Below are positions 45,117 through 54,408 of a DNA stretch of 64,000 nucleotides, piece by piece. Numbering within the stretch: the stretch's first letter is position 1; every line of letters starts with the position of its first letter. Location of the stretch: contig JBJMJD010000087.1 in assembly GCA_045806525.1 (NCBI GenBank), forward strand, positions 22,814 to 86,813, read 5' to 3'. Both the position numbers and the translations under genes were made by a program. The stretch is from Gaiellales bacterium. Its GTDB lineage: Bacteria > Actinomycetota > Thermoleophilia > Gaiellales > JAICJC01. Under the pieces are notes generated by a model, which saw nothing but the letters and a program-made list of their open reading frames with translations, made no database searches and was not told where the DNA came from.

Positions 45117-45440
45117 ATGGATCGCTCCCGAGGCCAGGCAAGCATCGAGACGGCGCTGCTGCTGCCGGCGCTGCTGGCCCTGACGCTGGCCTGCTGGCAG
45201 GCGCTGCTGGTGGGCTGGACGGCGATCTCGGCCGAGCACGCGGCCCGTGCCGCCGCCCGCGCCCGACTGGTCGGGGCGGCGATACAGCCGGCTGCCGAGG
45301 GCGCGCTGCCCGGCGCAATGCGCGGCGGCCTGCAGGTGAGCACCTCCGATGGCACCATCTCGGTGCGCGTGGCCGTGCCGCGCGTGATCCCGGGCTTCTC
45401 GCTGTGGCTCACGGCCGGCGCGCCTGCGGTCGACCAGTGA
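45117..45440 (+). CDS. TadE-like pseudopilin
   Basis: N-terminus RGQASIETALLLPALLALTLACW (TadE signature G-Q-A-x-[VI]-E plus a hydrophobic helix). Confidence 0.75.
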   Translation: MDRSRGQASIETALLLPALLALTLACWQALLVGWTAISAEHAARAAARARLVGAAIQPAAEGALPGAMRGGLQVSTSDGTISVRVAVPRVIPGFSLWLTAGAPAVDQ

Positions 45441-45733
45441 GACGGCGGTCAGGACAGGCCAGCGTGGAGATGATCGGCTGCGCCGTGCTGCTGGCGGTGG
45501 CGACTGTCGCGGTGCTGGAGGCGCTCACGATCGTACGCGCTCGCATAACCGCCGAGCGCGTCGCCGACCAGGCGGCTGTGCTGGTGGGCGAGGGCCGTCC
45601 GCTGCCGGCGTCATTGCGCGCCGCTGCCCGAATCGAGCGGCGCGGCGACCGCGTGGTGGTGACGGTGCCGCTGCCGGTTCGCCTGCCGGCGTTGCCCGCC
45701 GCGGCCGTGGTGACCACAACGGTGCCCCGGTGA
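45437..45733 (+). CDS. TadE-like pseudopilin
   Basis: GTG 45437 (GTGA overlap). RRRSGQASVEMIGCAVLLAVATVAVL. Confidence 0.7.
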   Translation: MRRRSGQASVEMIGCAVLLAVATVAVLEALTIVRARITAERVADQAAVLVGEGRPLPASLRAAARIERRGDRVVVTVPLPVRLPALPAAAVVTTTVPR

Positions 45734-47556
45734 GCGAGCGCGGCCAGGTCTCGGTGATGGCCTGTGCGCTGGTGCTGCTGTTGGTCGTGGCAGGGTTTCT
45801 GCTCGGCACCCTCGGCGGCATCGACAGCGCCGGAGCGAACGCCCAGCGCGCGGCCGACATGGCCGCTCTCGCCGCCGGTAGGGAGCTGTCCGGCGATCCG
45901 GCCCTGACGGCCGACGGCCTGCGGGCCGGCGCCGACGATGCCGCCCGTGAAAACGGCGGACGGCTGCTCTCGCTGACCCGGCTGACCGACGACGGGCTGC
46001 CCAGCGGCGTCGAGGTGTCGGTCGCCGTGGACGGCGAGCACACCGTGCGGGCGCAGTCGCGCGTCCGAGTCGAGTTCACGGCGACCGAGCCGACCGGCTC
46101 GTTCCGGCCGGTCGACCTGCACGGCCTGGTCGGCCGCGCGGCCGTGGTGGCGGCGGCCGCTGCTCAGGTCGGATGGCCCTACGTCTGGGGCGGCGAGAGC
46201 CGTGCCGAGGGCGGCTTTGACTGCAGCGGCCTGGTCGATTACGCCTTCACCGCGGCCGGTGCATCGCTGCCGGGGCGGCCCACGGCCGCCGACCTGTGGC
46301 GGATGGGCCGGCCGGTCTCCGCTACAGCGCTTGAGCCCGGCGACCTGGTGTTCGTCGGCACGGCCGACGGCGCTCCGCACCACGTCGGCATCTACGTGGG
46401 CAACGGCACCGTGCTCTCGGCTCCGCACACCGGCGCGCGGGTCGGCTACTCGCCGCTCGCCTACGGCGGTTGGGATGGCTACGCGAGCCTGATGCCGGCC
46501 GGGCCGGCGCCGCTCGACGATCCCGTCTCGGCTGCCGCGCGCCGCGGCGGCGTCCCCGGTCACGTGCTTGCAGCGGAGCTGCGCATGGGCCTGGCGAGCG
46601 ACCCGGACGAGGCCGCCGCTGCGCTGGCTCGCGCCCAGGCGGCGCACCCCGGCTCGCTCCAGGAGGCGCTGGCAGCGCAGCTGGGAAGCGCATCCGCGGC
46701 GGCGCTCGTTCTGCGCGACGGCGGTGGTGCCGGCGTCGGCCTGTCCGGTGCCGTGAGGCTGGTGCCGGTGCGGGGCGGCGCGGAGGCTGAAGGCGGCGAT
46801 GCGCCGCTTCCCGCAGCGCCCGCGCAGTCGCCGGGCGGCCGGGGCGCCGGCCCGCCGGGGGCCGGTTCGTCCTGGAGCGACCTCGGTACCGCGCTCGACG
46901 CCGGCGGCCACACTGCCGAGCAGCTGGGCGAGCGCGGCCGCGCGGTGCCGCTGCAGGCGGCGGCAGCGCTCCAGCACCTGTCCCGTTTCGGGCTCACCGC
47001 ACTGGGCGGACTGCTGCCCGATCCGGACTGGCGCGACGCCGTCAACCTGGCCGGTTCTAGCTGGGACACGTACAGCGCCGTCCGCGACGCGACGGCAACG
47101 GCTGCCGCCGGCGGCCTCGAGCTGAGCGGGGTCGGCCTCTGGGCGGCGCGGTTCAGCGTGCTGGGCGGCGCGCTCTCGACGGGGCTGTTCGCGGCCCAGG
47201 CGTACTCCGCGCGCCGCCGCCGTGACCGCGTCGGGTACGGGCTGATGGCGGTCGGTAGTGCCGCGACCACCGTTGGGCTGATCACGGCGGGCGGATCGCT
47301 GCTGGCGATCGGTGCGACCACCTCCGTGGTGCCGCCGGTGGGGCTGACGCTGATCGCGCTGGGCGCGGGCATCTGCGTCACGGGCTACCTCGTGCGCCAT
47401 CCGGAGTGGTGCCGCAGCGCGGTGCGGATCGGCGCGAGGGGGCTGGATCTTGCCTGGCGGGCGCAGACCGCCCAGGTGCGGGCGATCGCCTCCGTGGCCT
47501 CGGGCGCGGCCGACCGGGCGCGATCGCTGGCGGGCTCGATCCCGACCCCCTGGTAG
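45730..47556 (+). CDS. TadE-like (Rv3654c-type) N-terminus fused to an NlpC/P60 peptidase and a C-terminal multi-TM region
   Basis: GTG 45730 (GTGA overlap). ERGQVSVMACALVLLLVV...AQRAADMAALAAG; NlpC/P60 GWPYVWGGES...GFDCSGLVDYAF...HHVGIYVGNG; Ala/Gly-rich linker; 3-4 hydrophobic helices near the C-terminus. Confidence 0.8.
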   Translation: MSERGQVSVMACALVLLLVVAGFLLGTLGGIDSAGANAQRAADMAALAAGRELSGDPALTADGLRAGADDAARENGGRLLSLTRLTDDGLPSGVEVSVAVDGEHTVRAQSRVRVEFTATEPTGSFRPVDLHGLVGRAAVVAAAAAQVGWPYVWGGESRAEGGFDCSGLVDYAFTAAGASLPGRPTAADLWRMGRPVSATALEPGDLVFVGTADGAPHHVGIYVGNGTVLSAPHTGARVGYSPLAYGGWDGYASLMPAGPAPLDDPVSAAARRGGVPGHVLAAELRMGLASDPDEAAAALARAQAAHPGSLQEALAAQLGSASAAALVLRDGGGAGVGLSGAVRLVPVRGGAEAEGGDAPLPAAPAQSPGGRGAGPPGAGSSWSDLGTALDAGGHTAEQLGERGRAVPLQAAAALQHLSRFGLTALGGLLPDPDWRDAVNLAGSSWDTYSAVRDATATAAAGGLELSGVGLWAARFSVLGGALSTGLFAAQAYSARRRRDRVGYGLMAVGSAATTVGLITAGGSLLAIGATTSVVPPVGLTLIALGAGICVTGYLVRHPEWCRSAVRIGARGLDLAWRAQTAQVRAIASVASGAADRARSLAGSIPTPW

Positions 47557-47599
47557 CGGGCACGATGGCGTTGATGGGCACGGCTACGATCAGGGCAGG

Positions 47600-49459
47600 A
47601 TGCCCACTATCGCCCGCAACGAGAGGCTTGACGCACAGCTGAAGGCGCTGCCTGACAGCCCCGGCGTGTACCTGTTCCACGACCGCGACGGCGTCGTGCT
47701 GTACGTGGGCAAGGCCAAGTCGCTGCGAAAGCGCGTGCAGTCATACTTCCGGCGCGAGGCCTACGCCACGCTCAAGACCGCCGAGCTGGTCGATCGGATC
47801 GAGGAGATCGAGTTCCTGGGGGCCGGCAGCGAGCACGAGGCGCTGCTGCTGGAGCAGAACCTGATCAAGCGGCACCGGCCGCCGTTCAACATCCGGCTTC
47901 GCGACGACAAGTCCTATCCCTACATCGCGGTCACGACCTCCGACGAGTACCCGCGGGTGATGTTCACGCGCGAGCGGCACCGCCGCGGCGTCCTCTACTT
48001 CGGTCCCTACTCCAGCGCGAAGAAGGTGCGCGAGACGCTGGACGTGCTCAACCGCGTGTTCCCCTACCGGCCCTGTGAAGGCCCGCAGCCCGGCCGCCGC
48101 TCCGGCGTCCCCTGCCTCGACCACCACATCGGCCGCTGCGCGGCTCCCTGCGTGGGGCTGATCTCGAAGGAGGATTACGGGGCCGTGATCGACAGCGTGG
48201 TCGAGTTCCTGTCCGGCCGGGTGCGCCCGCTGGAGCGGCGGCTGGAGCAGCAGATGAGGGATGCCGCCGCCCGCCATGAGTTCGAAGAGGCGGCCCGCTA
48301 CCGCAACCGGCTGACCGCCGTCCGCCACCTGTCCCAGCGGCAGGTTGCCGACCACGTCGGCTCGCAGACCGGCGACGTGCTGGCGGCAGCCGTCTCAGAC
48401 ACCGCCGCCAACGTGCAGCTGTTCCAGCTGCGCGACGGCCGCCTCGCCGACCGACGCAGCTTCTACCTGGACAACGCCGGCGGCGAGCGGGAGTCCGAGG
48501 TGCTGTGGGGGTTCGCGCTCGAGTACTACGGCGGCCAGGTGGCGATCCCGCCGTCGGTGATCGTGCCCAAGGGGTTCGAGGACGCCGACCTGCTGGCCAT
48601 GTTCCTGTCGGATCGCCGCGGCAGCGCCGTCGAGGTGCGAGTCGCCCAGCGGGGGGAGAAGCGGCGCCTGGTTGAGCTGGCCGCCGGCAACGCCGAGATG
48701 GCGCTCGAGCACGACCGGCTGGTGGCGCTGCGCACCCGCGCACGCCGGGTGGAGGCGCTGGAGGAGCTGCGCGAGCAGCTCAACCTGGAGTCGCTGCCCG
48801 TGCGGATCGAGTGCTTCGACATCTCCAACCTGGGCGAGTCGAACACGGTCGCCTCGATGGTGGTGTTCGAGGACGCCGTCGCCAAGCGCGCCGACTACCG
48901 CAAGTTCACGATCCGCCATGGCGGCGGACAGGACGACTTCGCCAGCATGGCCGAGGTGGTCGGCCGCCGGTTCGCGCGCATGGCCCGGGTGACGGCCGAC
49001 GAGTTCGATGCCAGCTTCTCGTCGCCGCCGAACCTGGTCGTGATCGACGGCGGCAAGGGACAGCTGGCCGCGGCGCTGAAGGCGATGGCGGAGCACGACC
49101 TGCCGCGGGTGGCCGTGATCGCACTGGCCAAGCGCGAGGAAGAGGTATTCGTGCCGGGACGACCGGATCCGATCGTGCTCGAGCGCGGCTCGGCCGGCCT
49201 GCAGCTGCTGCAGCGGATCCGCGACGAGGCGCACCGCTTCGCGCTGGGCTTCCACCGTCAGCGCCGCGCACGCTCGTCGGTCGACACGATCTTCGCGGGG
49301 CTGCCCGGCGTGGGGCCGGCCCGGCGCCGCGTCCTTTTGCGCCACTTCAAGACCGCCGACGCGCTGACCGGCGCCAGCCGCGAGCAGCTCGAGGCCGTCC
49401 CCGGCCTGCCACCGAAGGTGGGGCGCCGCATCCACGAGGCGCTGCACAAGACCGGCTGA
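47600..49459 (+). CDS. uvrC: Excinuclease ABC subunit C
   Basis: GIY-YIG (PGVYLFHDRDGVVLYVGKAKSLRKRV), UVR domain, endonuclease V-like domain and C-terminal HhH2 region. Confidence 0.95.
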   Translation: MPTIARNERLDAQLKALPDSPGVYLFHDRDGVVLYVGKAKSLRKRVQSYFRREAYATLKTAELVDRIEEIEFLGAGSEHEALLLEQNLIKRHRPPFNIRLRDDKSYPYIAVTTSDEYPRVMFTRERHRRGVLYFGPYSSAKKVRETLDVLNRVFPYRPCEGPQPGRRSGVPCLDHHIGRCAAPCVGLISKEDYGAVIDSVVEFLSGRVRPLERRLEQQMRDAAARHEFEEAARYRNRLTAVRHLSQRQVADHVGSQTGDVLAAAVSDTAANVQLFQLRDGRLADRRSFYLDNAGGERESEVLWGFALEYYGGQVAIPPSVIVPKGFEDADLLAMFLSDRRGSAVEVRVAQRGEKRRLVELAAGNAEMALEHDRLVALRTRARRVEALEELREQLNLESLPVRIECFDISNLGESNTVASMVVFEDAVAKRADYRKFTIRHGGGQDDFASMAEVVGRRFARMARVTADEFDASFSSPPNLVVIDGGKGQLAAALKAMAEHDLPRVAVIALAKREEEVFVPGRPDPIVLERGSAGLQLLQRIRDEAHRFALGFHRQRRARSSVDTIFAGLPGVGPARRRVLLRHFKTADALTGASREQLEAVPGLPPKVGRRIHEALHKTG

Positions 49460-49460
49460 G

Positions 49461-50111
49461 TCAGCCCGTCGCGACCGGCGTGGCGATCACCCACTGGAAC
49501 GTGACCGTGCCCTCCGGCTCGTGCAGCGGCACCACCTCATCGACGTCGATGCGGAAGCCGGCATCACGCAGCAGCTCGCGGTTGCGGTCGGGGCCGTAGC
49601 CGCTGAAGTGCATCTGCACTCCCAGCCACTCGCCGCTCGCGCCGGCCTGGTCGCCGCAGGCGAGCGTGGTCAGGAGCCATCCGCCCGGCCGCAGCCAGCG
49701 TCGCACCGACCGGAACACGCCGCCCAGCTGCTCGCGCGGCAGGTGGCCGAGCGCGTAGAAGCTGGTGACGCCGTCGAAGCTGGCATCGGGGAACGCGACC
49801 GACGCCAGGTCGGCGTGGACCAGCTCGGCGCCCGGCAACCGCTCGCGGGCCAGCCTCAGCTGCTCCTGCGAGATGTCCACGCCGGTCACCCGGTGGCGCT
49901 CGGCCAGCCGCGCCGTAGAGGGCACGCCCGCGCCACAGCCGAGGTCGAGCACGTCGCCGCCCGGCGGCAGCCGCTCCAGCAGCAGATCCAGCATGCGGGC
50001 GCGGCCGGGATCGTCGATGCCGCCGGCCCAGCTCAGGTAGCGCTCCGCGATCCGGTCGTAGCCGGACTCGACCAGCTGCTTGCGCGGGTCGCTCGAGGCC
50101 GGCTGCCGCAT
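49461..50111 (-). CDS. Class I SAM-dependent methyltransferase
   Basis: ATG 50111. VLDLGCGAGV motif I. FDGVTSFYALGHL. Confidence 0.8.
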   Translation of the reverse strand: MRQPASSDPRKQLVESGYDRIAERYLSWAGGIDDPGRARMLDLLLERLPPGGDVLDLGCGAGVPSTARLAERHRVTGVDISQEQLRLARERLPGAELVHADLASVAFPDASFDGVTSFYALGHLPREQLGGVFRSVRRWLRPGGWLLTTLACGDQAGASGEWLGVQMHFSGYGPDRNRELLRDAGFRIDVDEVVPLHEPEGTVTFQWVIATPVATG

Positions 50112-50174
50112 GGCCGTCAGCCTACCGTGGCCCGCGGGCCCGCCCACCACGCACACGCTAACCTCGACCGTGGA

Positions 50175-51152
50175 ATGCCCCTGATCCCCGACCAGCCGCC
50201 GCAGTTTGAATTGGTGCCCACCTCGCGTGCGCGAAACCGCGTGCGCGTCGTCTGTCTGGGCGGCGGCACCGGCCTGTCGATGATCCTGCGCGGGGTCAAG
50301 CGCATCTCGAACGTGACCGCGGTCGTCACCACCACGGACGACGGCGGCAGCTCCGGGCGGCTGCGCCGCGACTTCGGCATGCCCGCCCCGGGCGACGTGC
50401 GCCACTGCCTGTCGGCGCTGGCCGAGGACGAGTCGCTCGTGAACCAGCTGTTCGAGCACCGCTTCACCGACGGCGAGCTGGCCGGCCACAGCTTCGGCAA
50501 CCTGTTCCTGGCCGGGCTCACCGACCTGCTGGGCAGCTTCGACCAGGCCGTGTCCGAGTCGGCGCGCGTGCTGGCGGTGGTGGGGCGGGTCGTGCCCAGC
50601 ACCACCGACATGGTCGAGCTGGTTGCCGAGATGGAGGACGGGCGCACCGTTCGCGGCGAGACCGCGATCGCGGCCGACGGCTCCTCGATCGAGACGGTGC
50701 GGCTGGACCCTCCCGGCCCCGCCGCCCACCCGCGGGCGCTGCAGGCGATCGAGCGGGCCGAGCTGATCGTGATGGGCCCCGGCAGCCTGTTCACGAGCAC
50801 CTTGCCGCCGCTGCTGGTGCCGGGCATCCGCGAGGCGGTGCAGGCGGCGAAAGTGCCGCGCATCTACGTCTGCAACCTGCTGCAGCAGCCGGGCGAGACC
50901 GAGGGCTACCGCGCCTCCGACCACATCGCGCGAATCTACGAGCACGTCGGCGACGACCTCGTGGACGCGGTCCTGGTCAGCCGCAACCGGGCGGAGCACG
51001 GTGTGCCGGTACCGGTCGACCGCGGCGGCCTGCGCCGCCAGGGCGTGCGTGTGTTCGGCGCCCGGCTGGCCGGTGAGTGGCAGCACGACGCCGACAAGCT
51101 GGGCCGCACGCTGGTGCGGCTGTCGCGCTGGAACCGCGATGAGCTTCAGTGA
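50175..51152 (+). CDS. yvcK: YvcK/CuvA family (CofD-like, gluconeogenesis/cell-shape factor)
   Basis: VVCLGGGTGLSMILRGVK, TTTDDGGSSGRLR, GPGSLFTS. Confidence 0.85.
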   Translation: MPLIPDQPPQFELVPTSRARNRVRVVCLGGGTGLSMILRGVKRISNVTAVVTTTDDGGSSGRLRRDFGMPAPGDVRHCLSALAEDESLVNQLFEHRFTDGELAGHSFGNLFLAGLTDLLGSFDQAVSESARVLAVVGRVVPSTTDMVELVAEMEDGRTVRGETAIAADGSSIETVRLDPPGPAAHPRALQAIERAELIVMGPGSLFTSTLPPLLVPGIREAVQAAKVPRIYVCNLLQQPGETEGYRASDHIARIYEHVGDDLVDAVLVSRNRAEHGVPVPVDRGGLRRQGVRVFGARLAGEWQHDADKLGRTLVRLSRWNRDELQ

Positions 51153-52047
51153 GGACGTCCGGCACGAGCTGGTCGAGCGGCCGCCGGCGAAGAGCTGCTG
51201 CCGGCTGGCATTCCTGTCCGGCCTGATCCGTCACGGCGGCAGCTTGCAGGTGCGGAGCGGGGGAGAGCTGGCGGCGGTCGCCGAGCTGGCCGATCCGGCG
51301 GCCGCCCGCCTGGCCTTCACGCTGCTGCGCGAGCGGGGCGCCGACTGCGAGATCCTGTCGTTCCGTGAGCACCGGTTCCATCGCCGCAACCGCGTGCTGC
51401 TGCGGATCGCGGGCGGCACCAGCATCCAGCTGCTGCACGAGGCGGGTGTGCTGTCGGAGACGCTGACGCCGCTGGAGCGGCCGCCACGGCGGCTGCTGAA
51501 CCGCGCCTGTTGCCGCGGCGCCTACCTGCGCGGCGCGCTGGTGGCGGCCGGCTCCGTGTCAGCGCCGCGGCAGCCGGCCCACCTGGAGGTGCGCACGGCC
51601 GAGCTGGAAGCGGCCGAGGCCCTGGCCGAGGTGGCCGCGGCGGAGGAGATCCCGATGCGCACCGCCTCACGGCGCGGCCACGCCATCGCCTACCTGAAGT
51701 CGCGCGACGCGATCCGCGACCTGCTGGCGCTGGTCGGTGCCCACGACGCGGTGCTATCGCTCCAGGAGGCCGAGGTGATCAGCTCCACCCGCGAGGCCGC
51801 CAACAGGCTGACCAACTGCGACCGCGCCAACCTGGGCCGCACGAGCGCCGCCGCCCACCGCCAGAGCGAGGCGATCGCCCTGCTCGACGTGGAGCTGCTC
51901 GACCCAAAGCTGCGCCGCGTGGCGGAGCTGAGAATGGCCAATCCATCCAGTTCGCTGGCCGAACTGGGCGAGCGCGCGCGCCCGCCGATGACCAAGTCCG
52001 CCGTCGCCCGTTCCATGAAAACTCTTATTTCCCTTACAAAAACCTAA
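51139..52047 (+). CDS. whiA: Sporulation/cell-division transcription regulator WhiA
   Basis: MSFSEDVRHELV...KSCCRLAFLSGLIRHGGSL (LAGLIDADG-like domain) and a C-terminal HTH (LAELGERARPPMTKSAVARSMKTL). The last ~10 codons are conspicuously AT-rich. Confidence 0.9.
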   Translation: MSFSEDVRHELVERPPAKSCCRLAFLSGLIRHGGSLQVRSGGELAAVAELADPAAARLAFTLLRERGADCEILSFREHRFHRRNRVLLRIAGGTSIQLLHEAGVLSETLTPLERPPRRLLNRACCRGAYLRGALVAAGSVSAPRQPAHLEVRTAELEAAEALAEVAAAEEIPMRTASRRGHAIAYLKSRDAIRDLLALVGAHDAVLSLQEAEVISSTREAANRLTNCDRANLGRTSAAAHRQSEAIALLDVELLDPKLRRVAELRMANPSSSLAELGERARPPMTKSAVARSMKTLISLTKT

Positions 52048-52056
52048 AATATCCCC

Positions 52057-52246
52057 CAACTGGGTGTTACCCGGAAAACGGGTGCCAGCGATCATAGGTA
52101 GACAAGGCTTGTGGGTGACCTGGCATCCCTTGCGCGACAGACCTTAGACCCCATCTGACGCTGCCCGATCTTGCCGGTCACCCACAAGCTGAGGGCTCCA
52201 ATCCCGACCCCCACGGCCGCCAAGTGGATACACTGGCGGCCGTTTT
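52057..52246 (+). promoter_or_regulatory. Structured leader upstream of gap (three hairpins; the last is terminator-like)
   Basis: H1 is 52060-52088 (CTGG..TACCCG-gaaaa-CGGGTG..CCAG). H2 has a perfect 14-bp stem GCTTGTGGGTGACC(52107-52120)/GGTCACCCACAAGC(52176-52189) plus 4 more bp. H3 is ACGGCCGCCA(52213-52222)/TGGCGGCCGT(52234-52243), running into TTTT(52243-52246), 25 nt before the gap ATG. A possible -10 TAAAAT lies at 52045-52050. Confidence 0.4.
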
Positions 52247-52270
52247 CCATTGCGATTTGGGGGTTGTCGA

Positions 52271-53269
52271 ATGAGTGCACGTGTGGCGATCAACGGGTTC
52301 GGCCGTATCGGCCGAAACGTGTTCCGGGCGGCCAGGGACCGGGGGGCCGGCTTCGAGATCGTGGCCGTGAACGACATCACGAACGCGCCCACGCTGGCCC
52401 ACCTGCTCAAGTACGACAGCATCCACGGCGCCTACCCCGATGACGTCGCCGTCGACGGTGACGGCCTGTCGGTGGGTGGCTCACGCGTCGCCGTCGTCGC
52501 CGAGCGCGACCCGGCCGCACTGCCCTGGGGCGACCTCGGCGTCGACGTGGTGGTCGAGTCGACCGGCTTCTTCACCAAGCGCGAGGGCGCGGCCAAGCAC
52601 CTCGAGGCAGGCGCCCGCAAGGTGATCATCAGCGCTCCTGCGACCGACCCCGACATCACGGTCTGCATCGGCGTCAACGACGACCTCTACGACGCCGACA
52701 GCCACCACATCATCTCCAACGCGTCGTGCACGACCAACTGCCTGGCGCCGCTGGCCAAGGTGCTGCTCGACCGCTTCGGTATCCAGCGCGGTTTCATGAC
52801 CACGACCCACGCCTACACCGGCGACCAGGCGCTGCTCGACGCCCCGCACGCGGACCTGCGCCGCGCCCGCGCCGCAGCCCTGAACGTGATCCCGACCACG
52901 ACCGGCGCCGCCAAGGCGATCGGGCTCGTGATTCCGGAGCTGCTGGGCAAGCTCGACGGCCTGTCGCTGCGCGTGCCGGTGCCCTGCGGATCGGCCACCG
53001 ACCTGGTCGCGGTGCTCGACAGCGAGGTCACGCGCGACGAGGTCAACGACGCGTTCTCGGCGGCCGCGGACACCGGTGCGATGACCGGCATCCTCCAGTA
53101 CACCGACGATCCGATCGTGTCCACCGACGTGGTCGGCAACTCGTTCAGCTCGATCTTCGACTCCAAGCTGACCATGGCCAACGGCAACCTGGTCAAGGTG
53201 CTCTCCTGGTATGACAACGAGTGGGGCTACTCCTGCCGGGTGGTGGATCTCATCTACAAGATCGCGTGA
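52271..53269 (+). CDS. gap: Glyceraldehyde-3-phosphate dehydrogenase
   Basis: [20 protein letters not shown]. Active site [12 protein letters not shown]. Confidence 0.95.
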   Translation: MSARVAINGFGRIGRNVFRAARDRGAGFEIVAVNDITNAPTLAHLLKYDSIHGAYPDDVAVDGDGLSVGGSRVAVVAERDPAALPWGDLGVDVVVESTGFFTKREGAAKHLEAGARKVIISAPATDPDITVCIGVNDDLYDADSHHIISNASCTTNCLAPLAKVLLDRFGIQRGFMTTTHAYTGDQALLDAPHADLRRARAAALNVIPTTTGAAKAIGLVIPELLGKLDGLSLRVPVPCGSATDLVAVLDSEVTRDEVNDAFSAAADTGAMTGILQYTDDPIVSTDVVGNSFSSIFDSKLTMANGNLVKVLSWYDNEWGYSCRVVDLIYKIA

Positions 53270-54408
53270 GAGGCGTCCGCGACCTGTCCGTCGCCGGGCG
53301 GCGTGTGCTGGTTCGCTCTGATCTGAACGTGCCGCTGGACGCCGGCCATGTGGCCGACGACACCCGCATCCGCGCAGCCGTGCCGACCATCGAGCTGCTG
53401 CTGGACGAGGGCGCGCGGGTGGTGGTGTGCTCGCATCTGGGCCGGCCCAAGGGCGAGCCAAAGCCGGAGCTGTCGCTGCGGCCGGTGGCGGACCGGCTGT
53501 CGGAGCTGCTCGGGCGCGAGGTCGCCTTCGGCGACGAGCAGGGCGAGCTGCGGATGCTCGAGAACCTGCGTTTCGACGCCCGCGAGGAGGCCAACGATCC
53601 CGGCTTCGCGGCCGAGCTGGCCGCCAACGCCGACCTGTTCGTGCAGGACGCCTTCGGGGCGGTGCACCGCGCGCACGCGTCCACGGTCGGCGTTGCGCAG
53701 CAGCTGCCTTCGGCGGCGGGGCTGCTGCTGGTGGCGGAGCTGGACGCGTTCACGAGCTTGCTGGACAGTCCGGCTCGTCCGTTCGTGGTCGTGATCGGCG
53801 GCGTCAAGGTGGCTGACAAGATCGGGGTCATCGACCGGCTCACCCAGCTGGCCGACTCGATCCTGATCGGAGGCGCCATGGCCTTCACCTTTCTGGTCGC
53901 GGACGGCCTCTCGGTGGGCGCGTCGCGGCACGAGGACGAGGGCGGCCAGGCGATCGCGCGGACGGCGATGGGCGACGCCCGCGAGCGGGGCTGCCGGCTG
54001 CTGCTGCCCACCGACGTGGTGGTGGCGGATCGCTTCGCTGCCGACGCGGTGACCCGGGTGGCGCCGGTCAGCGACATTCCGGACGGCTGGATGGGGCTCG
54101 ACATCGGCCCGGCCACCGCCGAGATGTACGCGTCCCGCCTGGCCTCGGCCGAGACGATCTTCTGGAACGGGCCGATGGGGGTGTTCGAGCTGGAGCCGTT
54201 CGCGCACGGCACGCTCGCGGTGGCCCGCGCGGTGGCCGGCTCGAACGCCGCCTCGGTGGTGGGCGGCGGCGACTCGGTTGCCGCCGTCAACGCGGCCGGC
54301 GTGGCCGGCGACATCACCCACGTCTCGACGGGAGGCGGCGCCGCGCTCGAGCTGATCGAGGGCAAGCCGCTGCCCGGCGTGGTCGCGCTCCAGGGATCGC
54401 CGGCGTGA
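53266..54408 (+). CDS. pgk: Phosphoglycerate kinase
   Basis: GTG 53266 (GTGA overlap). [39 protein letters not shown]. Confidence 0.95.
   Translation: MRGVRDLSVAGRRVLVRSDLNVPLDAGHVADDTRIRAAVPTIELLLDEGARVVVCSHLGRPKGEPKPELSLRPVADRLSELLGREVAFGDEQGELRMLENLRFDAREEANDPGFAAELAANADLFVQDAFGAVHRAHASTVGVAQQLPSAAGLLLVAELDAFTSLLDSPARPFVVVIGGVKVADKIGVIDRLTQLADSILIGGAMAFTFLVADGLSVGASRHEDEGGQAIARTAMGDARERGCRLLLPTDVVVADRFAADAVTRVAPVSDIPDGWMGLDIGPATAEMYASRLASAETIFWNGPMGVFELEPFAHGTLAVARAVAGSNAASVVGGGDSVAAVNAAGVAGDITHVSTGGGAALELIEGKPLPGVVALQGSPA

Noticed and set aside
45409-47400. 663-aa minus-strand ORF
   Set aside because: It is antisense to the TadE-like and NlpC/P60 genes and is a low-complexity Arg/Gly/Ala sequence.
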